Below, piece by piece: positions 19,584 to 28,033 of a stretch of 54,603 nt of DNA; the stretch's first letter is position 1, and every line of letters starts with the position of its first letter. Source of the DNA: Thermodesulfobacteriota bacterium. GTDB lineage: Bacteria > Desulfobacterota > GWC2-55-46. The notes beneath the pieces were generated by a model. It had not been told where the DNA came from and searched no databases. It saw only the letters and a list, made by a program, of their open reading frames with translations. The position numbers and the translations under genes were made by a program. The DNA lies in contig JBHHYT010000003.1 in the NCBI GenBank assembly GCA_046757705.1, positions 1 through 54,603 of the forward strand, written 5' to 3'.

Positions 19584-20426
19584 ATGGCGCTGTTCGGTAA
19601 AAAGAAGAAGAGGCGTAACAGGAAGAGGCACAAGGAGCCGTTCGGCGCGCGGGCAAGGCGCGCTGTCCTGAGGACGCTCAAGGTCGTGCTCGTGCTCGCG
19701 GCCCTTCCGGCGCTCGGGTACGGGGGCCTTCGGTTCTACCGGGTGCTGGTTACGACCGAGTACCTCGCCGTAAGGACGATAAACGTGACCGGGGCCGAGA
19801 GGGTGGCCCCGGAGGACGCCATAGAGCTTGCGGGCATAACCGAGGGGATCAACATCCTCTCGTTCAAGGCCTCCGAGGCCGTGGAAGGGCTCAAGGCCAA
19901 CCCGTGGGTGAAGGCGGCGGAGATAAGGAGGAGGCTGCCGGACACCGTGGAGATACACCTTGCGGAGAGAAGGCCCATGGCGCTTGTGAGCCTCGACGGC
20001 CTCTACGTGATGGACTCCTCGGGCGTGGTATTCAAGAAGTTCGCTGTCGAGGACAGGCTCGACCTGCCGGTGGTGACCGGCCTTACGAGGGAAGGGCTGG
20101 AGGCGGGGGGCGCACAGAAGGGCCTCCTTGAGCTTGTCTCCATACTCTCGGGCAGGGAAGGCTTCAGCATGGAGAGCGTCTCCGAGATAAACGTGGACCA
20201 GACGTTCGGGCTTTCGATATACACGCTCAACGACGGTGTCAGGCTCGCCGTGGGCACGGACGGTTTCGAGGCGAAGCTCGCCTCGTTCGAGAAGGTGGTG
20301 GCTTCACGGGGCGGGGCCTTAAGGGGGGTGGAGGCGATGGACCTTAACAACTCCCGCTCGGTGGTTGTCAGGTTCGGTACCGGAGCATTTAAGGAAGGTG
20401 GTGATGCGCATGGCCAAAAGGGATAA
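19584..20426 (+). CDS. ftsQ: Cell division protein FtsQ/DivIB
   Basis: Basic N-tail, TM and POTRA domain (PWVKAAEIRRRLPDTVEIHLAER); lies between ddl and ftsA. Confidence 0.92.
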   Translation: MALFGKKKKRRNRKRHKEPFGARARRAVLRTLKVVLVLAALPALGYGGLRFYRVLVTTEYLAVRTINVTGAERVAPEDAIELAGITEGINILSFKASEAVEGLKANPWVKAAEIRRRLPDTVEIHLAERRPMALVSLDGLYVMDSSGVVFKKFAVEDRLDLPVVTGLTREGLEAGGAQKGLLELVSILSGREGFSMESVSEINVDQTFGLSIYTLNDGVRLAVGTDGFEAKLASFEKVVASRGGALRGVEAMDLNNSRSVVVRFGTGAFKEGGDAHGQKG

Positions 20427-21639
20427 TATCGTCGTCGGGCTCGATATCGGCACAACAAAGATATGTGCCATCGTCGGTGAGAAGACGAAGGACGGCGTGG
20501 AGATAATCGGTATCGGCACCACACCGTCCAAGGGGCTCAGGAAGGGCGTGGTCGTAAACATAGAGAGTACCGTGGATTCGATAAAGAAGGCCATCGAGGA
20601 GGCCGAGCTGATGGCCGGGTGCGAGATAAACCGCGTCTACTGCGGCATAGCCGGCGGCCACATAAAGGCGTTCAACTCCCACGGCGTCATCGCCATCAAG
20701 AACAGGGAGATAACGAAGGCCGACATCGACCGGGTCATAGAGGCGGCCCAGGCCGTGGTCATACCTCCCGACAGGGAGGTCATCCACGTGATCCCGCAGG
20801 AGTATATCGTCGACGACCACGAGGGCATCCAGGAGCCCCTCGGCATGATAGGCATGAGGCTCGAGGTGAAGGTGCACATCGTCACCGCCGCGGTCACCAG
20901 CGCGCAGAACATCATAAAATGCGCGAACAAGGCGGGCCTCGACGTGGCGGACATCTGCCTGCAGCAGATAGCGAGCTCGGAGGCGGTCCTCAACGCGGAT
21001 GAGCGCGAGATAGGTGTGGTGCTCGTGGACATCGGCGGCGGCACCACGGACATAGCCCTGTACCACGGCGGGACGATAAAGTACACCACGGTAATATCCC
21101 TGGGCGGGAACCAGGTCACGGGCGACCTCTCGGTGGGGCTGCGCACGACATCCAACGAGGCGGAGAAGATAAAGAAGCAGTGGGGCTGCGCCATGACGGC
21201 CATGGTGTCGCGCGACGATACCCTGGAGGTGCAGAGCGTCGGGGGAGGCAAGACCCGCACGGTATCCCGCTTCATGCTCTCGGAGATCATAGAGCCGCGC
21301 GTCGAGGAGATATTCCAGCTCGTGCAGCGCGAGATAATGAAGTCCGGGTACGACAGCCTCGTATCCTCGGGGGTGGTGCTGACCGGAGGCACGGCGGCCC
21401 TCGAAGGGGCCCCCGAGCTCGCGGAGCAGGTCTTCGACCTGCCGGTGAGAAAGGGGCTGCCCATGGGCATAACGGGCCTTACCGACGTGGTGAACGGCCC
21501 GATGTACTCGACGGGCGTGGGGCTCGTGCAGTACGGGGGCAGGCACATATCGGGCACGCAGTTCCACAGGGGCGGCGAGAGCAACCTCTTCGGCAAGCTC
21601 ACTACGAGGATGGGGAAATGGGTAAAGGAGTTCTTCTGA
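20410..21639 (+). CDS. ftsA: Cell division protein FtsA
   Basis: GLDIGTTKI, VDIGGGTTD and GVVLTGG; C-terminal amphipathic MGKWVKEFF. Confidence 0.97.
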   Translation: MAKRDNIVVGLDIGTTKICAIVGEKTKDGVEIIGIGTTPSKGLRKGVVVNIESTVDSIKKAIEEAELMAGCEINRVYCGIAGGHIKAFNSHGVIAIKNREITKADIDRVIEAAQAVVIPPDREVIHVIPQEYIVDDHEGIQEPLGMIGMRLEVKVHIVTAAVTSAQNIIKCANKAGLDVADICLQQIASSEAVLNADEREIGVVLVDIGGGTTDIALYHGGTIKYTTVISLGGNQVTGDLSVGLRTTSNEAEKIKKQWGCAMTAMVSRDDTLEVQSVGGGKTRTVSRFMLSEIIEPRVEEIFQLVQREIMKSGYDSLVSSGVVLTGGTAALEGAPELAEQVFDLPVRKGLPMGITGLTDVVNGPMYSTGVGLVQYGGRHISGTQFHRGGESNLFGKLTTRMGKWVKEFF

Positions 21640-21666
21640 TTCAATGGCTTTCAGACATCAAGAATT

Positions 21667-21722
21667 GCGGCACGTCCATGTGCCGCGGAAGGTCCCAATG
21701 AACCGGGCCTTCCATGGCACAG
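21667..21722 (+). repeat. 56-nt two-hairpin element, copy 2 (upstream of ftsZ)
   Basis: gcggcacgtccatgtgccgcggaaggtc-N12-gccttccatggcacag. Confidence 0.8.
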
Positions 21723-21789
21723 GCTGGCGAAACTTGCGTAACGGCACAAAAACCGGGGAAAACGGCGGAAAACCTTAGGAGGTTGACAA

Positions 21790-22953
21790 ATGGTATTTGA
21801 GATGGAGGAGAGCTTTAACAGAGGGGCACGGCTTAAGGTGGTCGGGGTCGGCGGATGCGGCGGCAACGCGGTCAACACGATGATAGAGAGCGGGCTGGAG
21901 GGTGTCGAGTTCGTGGCGGCGAACACGGACAGCCAGGCGCTTGAAAGGTCCATGGCCAACGTGAAGATACAGCTCGGGGCCACCCTTACCAAGGGTCTCG
22001 GCGCGGGCGCGAACCCGGAGACCGGCAAGAACGCCGCCATCGAGAGCAAGGACCAGCTCGTCGAGGCGCTTACCGGCTCGGACATGGTCTTCGTCACCGC
22101 CGGCATGGGCGGGGGCACAGGCACCGGCGCGGGGCCCATAGTGGCCGAGGCCGCCCGGCAGGCTGGCGCGCTCGTGGTGGCGGTGGTCACAAAGCCGTTC
22201 TCCTTCGAGGGCACGAGGAAGATGAGGCAGGCCGAGGACGGGCTCAAGAGGCTCAGGGACGTGGTGGACACGGTCATCACCATCCCCAACCAGAGGCTCC
22301 TGTCGGTGGCGAGCAAGAGCACCTCTCTTACCGATGCCTTCAAGAGCGCCGACGAGGTGCTGCTGCAGGCCGTAAAGGGCATCTCGGACGTCATAACCGT
22401 GCCGGGCCTCGTGAACGTGGACTTCGCGGACGTGAAGACCATCATGAGCGAGATGGGGCAGGCGCTCATGGGCAGCGGCGTGGCCAGAGGCGAGAACAGG
22501 GCAGCGGAGGCCGCCAGAAAGGCGATAAGCTCGCCCCTGCTCGAGGACATCTCGATAAACGGCGCAAAGGGCGTGCTCATCAACATCACCGGCTCTTCCG
22601 ACCTCAGCATACACGACGTGCACGAGGCGTCCACCCTCATCCACGAGGAGGCCCACGACGACGCGCACATCATATTCGGCGCGGTCATAGACGAGTCGAT
22701 GGGCGAGGAGGTAAGGGTGACGGTCATCGCCACGGGCTTCGGCAAGGCGGGGGAGATGAGGGAGAAAGACCCCATAGCCCCCGCGATGATAGTCGACGAC
22801 CTCGACGTGCCCACGGTATTGAGGCAGAGCAGGGAGAAGAGCCTCGAGCTCAAGAGCGGCGAGCTTCGCAGGCTTTCGAGCTACAGCGGCCTGAACATGG
22901 ACGACGAGGACATGTACGACACCCCGACGTTTCTGAGAAAGCAGGCCGATTAG
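21790..22953 (+). CDS. ftsZ: Cell division protein FtsZ
   Basis: GGGTGTG tubulin signature, NVDFAD and the C-terminal peptide [11 protein letters not shown]. Confidence 0.99.
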   Translation: MVFEMEESFNRGARLKVVGVGGCGGNAVNTMIESGLEGVEFVAANTDSQALERSMANVKIQLGATLTKGLGAGANPETGKNAAIESKDQLVEALTGSDMVFVTAGMGGGTGTGAGPIVAEAARQAGALVVAVVTKPFSFEGTRKMRQAEDGLKRLRDVVDTVITIPNQRLLSVASKSTSLTDAFKSADEVLLQAVKGISDVITVPGLVNVDFADVKTIMSEMGQALMGSGVARGENRAAEAARKAISSPLLEDISINGAKGVLINITGSSDLSIHDVHEASTLIHEEAHDDAHIIFGAVIDESMGEEVRVTVIATGFGKAGEMREKDPIAPAMIVDDLDVPTVLRQSREKSLELKSGELRRLSSYSGLNMDDEDMYDTPTFLRKQAD

Positions 22954-23053
22954 CAGGCTGCGGAAGGATGCAGCCTGCCAGGCAGTCCATGGACGGACCG
23001 TCGGATCGCGTGGCTGAAAAGGACCGGGAAGGGCTTTTTCAGCATCCTGTTAG
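22951..23053. repeat. About 100-bp MITE/REP-like element with imperfect terminal inverted repeats
   Basis: Left end tagcaggctgcggaa; right end tttttcagcatcctgttag (reverse complement ctaacaggatgctgaaaaa); internal hairpin gcaggctgc...gcagcctgc. Confidence 0.4.
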
Positions 23054-23214
23054 CGCCGACGGACCCATATAAGGGTCCGGCAGGCATTCCGTTTCTTCGT
23101 GTTTCCCCGGAGCCCCGGTGCGCGCCGCCGCGCGCACCGGGGCGGTTTGTGTGTGTATCACGCCGCCAGTCGTTTCGCCGCGCCCGGGGCCGGGCATAGA
23201 CCCCCCTTCATTCC

Positions 23215-23243
23215 TTGTAAACCATGTGGAAGTATGGGATAAT
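23215..23243 (+). promoter_or_regulatory. Putative sigma70 promoter for the radical SAM genes
   Basis: TTGTAA-17 nt-GATAAT with a TG extension. Confidence 0.55.
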
Positions 23244-23317
23244 TTCAAGTTAAAGGCCGAGTTCGCCTCTGGATAGGGGGCGAGTGTATCAACGGAAAGG
23301 CCTTTTGATAAACAGGG

Positions 23318-25030
23318 GTGCACGGTATCAGCTGGAAGCTTAAAAAGAAGGTGAGGGATACCCTCTCGAAGGAGAAGGGTACGGTCTACAAGGAGCACGG
23401 CGGCAGGGTAAGGGTCTGCCTCGTCTACCCGAACAGCTATTCGCTCGGCATGACCAACCTCGGCTTTCAGTCGGTCTACCACATGCTCAACTCCCTTGAC
23501 GGGTGCGTCTGCGAGAGGGCGTTCATGCCCGGCAAGGAGGATCTGGGGGAGTACGGGAGGACGTCCACCCCCCTGTTCTCCTACGAGACGCAGACCCCGG
23601 TAAAGGACTTTGACATAATAGCCTTCTCCGTGCCGTTCGAGGACGACTACGTCAACGTGCCGCGCATCCTCGAGCTTGCGGGCGTGCCTATTCTCTCCGT
23701 GGACAGGGCCTGCGCGCCGCTCGTTATGGCCGGCGGGGTGGCCGTCTCCCTGAACCCGGAGCCGGTGGCGGACTTCTTCGACCTCTTCATCGTGGGCGAG
23801 GGGGAGGGGGCCCTGGCCCCGGTGATCGACGCCTTCCGGGACGCGCGCGGCCACGGGCCTGGAGGGCAGGGGATATTAAGGGAGCTTGACCGGTTGGAGT
23901 GGGTCTACGTCCCTTCCTTTTACGTCTTTTCCTACGACGGGGTACGGATAACCCGGATAGAGGCGCTGCCGGGCGTGAAGAAGAGGGTGAGGGCCGCCAA
24001 GCTCCTCGACCTCGGGGCGTACCCGCTCCCTGAGAACTTCATACTGACCCCCGCCAGCGAGTTCAAGGACACCTCTCTTGTAGAGATAGAGCGGGGCTGC
24101 CCGCGCGGGTGCAGGTTCTGCGCCGCGGGCTTCCTCTACCTCCCTCCCAGATGGAGGGACTTCGGCGCCGTAAAGGACGCGGTCGGAAAGGGCGTGGAGG
24201 CCACGGGAAAGGTCGGCCTCGTGGGCACGGCGGTATCGGAGTACCCGGAGATAAAGCAGACGCTCTCGCTCGGCGTGGAGATGGGCGGGGCGGTAACGCT
24301 CTCATCGCTGCGCCTCGACAGGCTCGATGCCGGGTTCGTGGAGCTCCTTAAAAAGGGCGGCTACAGGACGGTCACCCTCGCCCCGGAGGCGGGCAGCGAG
24401 CGCATGAGGTGGGCCGTTAACAAGGGCATGACCGACGGGGAGATACTCGACGCCGTAAGGCTCATAACCGCCGCCGGCTTCCTCAAGATAAAGCTCTACT
24501 TCATCGTGGGCCTTCCCGCAGAGGTGGACGCCGACGCCGAGGCCATCGTCGCCCTCTCCAAAAGGATAAAGGCGGAGATGAAAAAGGGCTCGCTCACACT
24601 CAGCGTGAACCCCTTCATCCCGAAGCCGTGCACCCCCTTCCAGTGGCACCCCTTCGAGAGGGAGCAGGTCGTGGACAGGAGGCTCTCGATAGTGGAGAAG
24701 GGGCTCTCGAAGATCAAAGGGGTAAGCGTAAAGACGCTCTCGGCGCGCGAGGCGTTCGTTCAGGCGTACATATCGAGGGCCGACCGCCGGGCGGGCCGCT
24801 TCATAGCCGAGGCCGCCGAGAAGGGCTGGAGGCGCGTCATAAAGGAGAATTTGTCATTTTTCGAGGGGTCGGTCTACTCGGAGAGGGGCAGGGACGAGCC
24901 CCTTGCTTGGGATATGATAGACCACGGCGTAAGGAAGGGATATCTCTGGAAGGAGCATCAGAGGGGGGCGCGGGGCGAGCTTACGCCGCCGTGTGATGTG
25001 GGCAGGTGTTTCCGTTGCGGCGTCTGTTAG
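23318..25030 (+). CDS. Radical SAM protein related to the TIGR03960 family (putative B12-binding)
   Basis: RGCPRGCRFC (CxxxCxxC), YPNSYSLGMTNLG, TLAPEAGSER and a C-terminal CxxxxCxxCGVC. Confidence 0.9.
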   Translation: MHGISWKLKKKVRDTLSKEKGTVYKEHGGRVRVCLVYPNSYSLGMTNLGFQSVYHMLNSLDGCVCERAFMPGKEDLGEYGRTSTPLFSYETQTPVKDFDIIAFSVPFEDDYVNVPRILELAGVPILSVDRACAPLVMAGGVAVSLNPEPVADFFDLFIVGEGEGALAPVIDAFRDARGHGPGGQGILRELDRLEWVYVPSFYVFSYDGVRITRIEALPGVKKRVRAAKLLDLGAYPLPENFILTPASEFKDTSLVEIERGCPRGCRFCAAGFLYLPPRWRDFGAVKDAVGKGVEATGKVGLVGTAVSEYPEIKQTLSLGVEMGGAVTLSSLRLDRLDAGFVELLKKGGYRTVTLAPEAGSERMRWAVNKGMTDGEILDAVRLITAAGFLKIKLYFIVGLPAEVDADAEAIVALSKRIKAEMKKGSLTLSVNPFIPKPCTPFQWHPFEREQVVDRRLSIVEKGLSKIKGVSVKTLSAREAFVQAYISRADRRAGRFIAEAAEKGWRRVIKENLSFFEGSVYSERGRDEPLAWDMIDHGVRKGYLWKEHQRGARGELTPPCDVGRCFRCGVC

Positions 25031-25039
25031 AGCTACGGA

Positions 25040-25264
25040 GCGCCGGGACCGCACATACCTTTGTTGCTCCCCGTCGCGGCGCTGCGGCGTACCGGAGAGT
25101 ACGCCTCGCTCCGAGCCTTCGTCGCGCCTCGGTCTGTTTTGTTCGGGCGCTCCTCGGCGTATGGAGGGGTTTGGGCGGCGCCGGGACCGCACATACCTTT
25201 GTTGCTTCCCGTCGCGGCGCTGCGGCGTACCGGAGAGTACGCCTCGCTCCGAGCCTTCGTCGCG
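25040..25264 (+). repeat. 87-bp direct repeat, two copies (25040-25126 and 25178-25264)
   Basis: The copies differ at a single base (gctcccc vs gcttccc) and each contains the hairpin GGCGTAC-cggaga-GTACGCC. Confidence 0.92.
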
Positions 25265-25272
25265 GCGCTTAA

Positions 25273-25310
25273 ACCCTCCCCCTCGATGGGGGAGGGCAGG
25301 GTGGGGGTGA
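25273..25310. repeat. REP-like palindrome CCCTCCCC...GGGGAGGG followed by a G-rich tail
   Basis: ccctccccctcgatgggggagggcagggtggggg; relatives at 35229-35250 and 54556-54595. Confidence 0.6.
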
Positions 25311-25346
25311 ATTGAAGGATCAACCGTTATCAAGGGATTTAGCGAT

Positions 25347-27644
25347 ATGAGCGGCACTATCGACATCAAGGACTATCTGCCTCTGGTAAGGAGGCCTTCG
25401 CGGTACATCGGCGGGGAGGTGAACTCCGTGAAGAAGGACCTCTCGAAGGTGGCCCTTACCTTCGGCCTCGGTTTTCCCGACGCCTACGAGGTCGGCATGA
25501 GCCACCTCGGCATGCAGATACTCTACCAGATACTCAACGCGCGCGAGGATATAGCCTGCGAGCGCGTCTTCGCCCCGTGGAAGGACATGGAGGCGCTCCT
25601 GCGCTCCAAGGGCGTGCCGCTTGCGACGCTGGAGAGCGGCATACCTCTGAACAGGCTCGGCATAATGGGCTTCTCGCTCCAGTACGAGCTATCCTTTACC
25701 AACATCCTCAACATGCTCGACCTCGGCGGAATCCCGCTTCTGGCGAAGGACAGGGCGCAAGGGGACCCGCTGGTCCTCGGCGGCGGCCCGTCGGCCTTTA
25801 ACCCGGAGCCGGTGGCGGACTTCTTCGACGCCTTCCTCCTCGGTGACGGAGAGGAGGCCGTTGTCGAGATAGCCCGTGCGGTCATCGAGGGCAGAAAAAA
25901 CGGCGTGCGCAGGGAGGACATCCTGAAGAGGCTCGCCGGGATAGAGGGGGTCTACGTGCCTTCGTTCTTCGACGTCCTCTACAACCCGGACGGCACCGTA
26001 AGGGAGATACGCCCGCTTGTCGAGGGCTACGGGAAGATAACGAAGAGGGTCGCCCCGGACATAGACGACCTGCCGCTGCCGGCCAGGCCGGTGGTGCCCT
26101 TCATGGAGACGATACACGACAGGGTGAGCGTGGAGATAGCTCGCGGGTGCACGCGCGGGTGCAGGTTCTGCCAGGCGGGCTCCATCTACCGCCCGGTCAG
26201 GGAGAGGGCGCCCGGCAAGGTCCTCAGGATCATCGAGGAGGCGCTCGCGAACACCGGCTACGACGAGGTCTCCCTGCTCTCGCTCTCTACCGGGGACTAT
26301 ACGCTCATAGAAGAGCTTATCTGCGCCCTGATGAGCAGGCTCGACCCGGGCAGGGTGGCGCTCTCGCTGCCGTCGCTTCGCGTGGGCACGTTGAGCGCGC
26401 GCCTCGCCAACGAGATAAACAGGGTCAGGAAGACCGGGTTCACGCTCGCCCCGGAGGCCGGGAGCGAGCGCCTCAGAAGGCTCATAAACAAGGGCATAAA
26501 GGAGCAAGACCTCCACGCCTCGGCCCACGACGTCTTCTCGCTCGGCTGGAAGCTGATGAAGCTGTACTTCATGATAGGCCTTCCCACGGAGACCGACGCC
26601 GACGTGGAGGCGATAGCGGAGCTTGCCGGGTGCGTGCGCCGCATAGGCAGGCAGGCCTCCGGGAGGAACCCGCAGATAAACATAAGCGTCGCCTCCTTCA
26701 TACCCAAGCCCTACACCCCGTTCCAGTGGGAGCCGCAGATGCCCGTGGACGAGTGCAGGAGAAAGCAGGGGGTGCTCCGCAAGAGGCTTTCGTCCATGAA
26801 GCTCGGCTTCAAGTGGCACGACCCGGAGATGAGCTTCCTGGAGGGGGTCTTCGCCCGCGGGGACAGGCGGCTGTCCGTGGCCTTGCTCAAGGCGTTCGAG
26901 GCCGGGTGCAGGTTCGACGGCTGGAGCGAGGAGTTCTCCTACCCGGCGTGGCGCTCGGTGCTCGGGCAGGCCGGGCTCGACCCGGAGTTCTATACGACCC
27001 GGCGCCGCCCATTCGACGAGGTCCTGCCGTGGGACCACCTCGCGCCGGGCGTTACCAAGGAGTTCCTCAGGAAAGAGTATGAAAACGCCATCGAGCTTGC
27101 CGGGACGCCTGACTGCAAGGTGGGCAAGTGCACCAGCTGCGGCGTGTGCGACCACAGGGTGGTCAAGAACAGGACGGTGGAGGACGACGGGTCCATGGTG
27201 CCTGTCGATGGGCCGCCCGCCGCGCCGGCCGCGCCGTTGGAAGCCGGGGCCTACAGGGTGGCACTGCGGTTCTCGAAGACCGGGGACCTGAAGTACCTGA
27301 GCCACCTCGAGCTCATACGCGCCATGATAAGGGCCGTAAGGAGGGCTGGCCTTCCCATACGGTACTCTCGGGGCTTCCACCCCATGCCCAGGATATCCTT
27401 CGCCTCCACGCTGCCGGTGGGCATGGAGTCGCTCGACGAGCTGATGTTCATCGAGCTCGAACCCGCGGGGGGGCGCATCGGGCCTGACGAGATAACCGAA
27501 AGGCTCAACGCCGCGCTCCCCGAAGGGCTTAAATGCCTCGGGGGGGGGCGTGATACCCTTGAAACTTTCCAATCCCTCTGTTATTATGTCAGAGTATATA
27601 TTGTTTTTGAAAGGCAACCCTCTCGGGTTAGATATAGATATTAA
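25347..27644 (+). CDS. TIGR03960-family radical SAM fused to a TIGR03936/DUF2344 domain, frameshifted at G9 (27540-27548)
   Basis: RPSRYIGGE, FPDAYEVGMSHLG and RGCTRGCRFCQAG, then KYLSHLE...YSRGFHPMPRISF...GMES (DUF2344); the frame runs into an aberrant tail after the G tract. Confidence 0.9.
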   Translation: MSGTIDIKDYLPLVRRPSRYIGGEVNSVKKDLSKVALTFGLGFPDAYEVGMSHLGMQILYQILNAREDIACERVFAPWKDMEALLRSKGVPLATLESGIPLNRLGIMGFSLQYELSFTNILNMLDLGGIPLLAKDRAQGDPLVLGGGPSAFNPEPVADFFDAFLLGDGEEAVVEIARAVIEGRKNGVRREDILKRLAGIEGVYVPSFFDVLYNPDGTVREIRPLVEGYGKITKRVAPDIDDLPLPARPVVPFMETIHDRVSVEIARGCTRGCRFCQAGSIYRPVRERAPGKVLRIIEEALANTGYDEVSLLSLSTGDYTLIEELICALMSRLDPGRVALSLPSLRVGTLSARLANEINRVRKTGFTLAPEAGSERLRRLINKGIKEQDLHASAHDVFSLGWKLMKLYFMIGLPTETDADVEAIAELAGCVRRIGRQASGRNPQINISVASFIPKPYTPFQWEPQMPVDECRRKQGVLRKRLSSMKLGFKWHDPEMSFLEGVFARGDRRLSVALLKAFEAGCRFDGWSEEFSYPAWRSVLGQAGLDPEFYTTRRRPFDEVLPWDHLAPGVTKEFLRKEYENAIELAGTPDCKVGKCTSCGVCDHRVVKNRTVEDDGSMVPVDGPPAAPAAPLEAGAYRVALRFSKTGDLKYLSHLELIRAMIRAVRRAGLPIRYSRGFHPMPRISFASTLPVGMESLDELMFIELEPAGGRIGPDEITERLNAALPEGLKCLGGGRDTLETFQSLCYYVRVYIVFERQPSRVRYRY

Positions 27645-27921
27645 GAATATTGATGGGATTTTAAGAGATTTTAAAGACAGGGAATCCATAGTAGTGCGAA
27701 TCAAAAAAGTGGATAAGGTCCGGGAAATCGATATCAGGCCATACCTGGCCGAACTAACGCACGCCGGAGGCATGACATTGAGGCTCGTTCTCCGAAAAGA
27801 TGCCGGTGGCGCGAGCGTACGTCCTCATGATGTCCTGGCCTGCCTTTTCAATCTCTCCAGGGAAGACGCGTCCCTAATCCCCATCATAAAAACCAGGGCG
27901 GTATATAACACGCCTATCTGA
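27550..27921 (+). pseudogene. Out-of-frame C-terminal part of the DUF2344 domain
   Basis: The +1 frame reads VIPLKL...KKVDKVREIDIRPYL...SVRPHDVL; deleting one G joins it to the upstream ORF as an 857-aa protein. Confidence 0.75.
27559..27587 (+). promoter_or_regulatory. Promoter embedded in coding sequence, probably driving rng
   Basis: TTGAAA-17 nt-TATTAT with an extended TG, at the start of an AT-rich patch. Confidence 0.55.
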
Positions 27922-28033
27922 CAGGAACTGAAAAGCCTGGCCGCGCGCACCCGCGCCTTCTTACAAGGGGCTGGCGTATCCATGCGCGCGGCCCCTTCTT
28001 TCCGCGTAATTCCTGCCGGGGAACAGGATATTA

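Noticed and set aside
25040-25264. Possible CRISPR array
   Set aside because: Only two units, the 87-bp repeat is far too long, and there are no cas genes.
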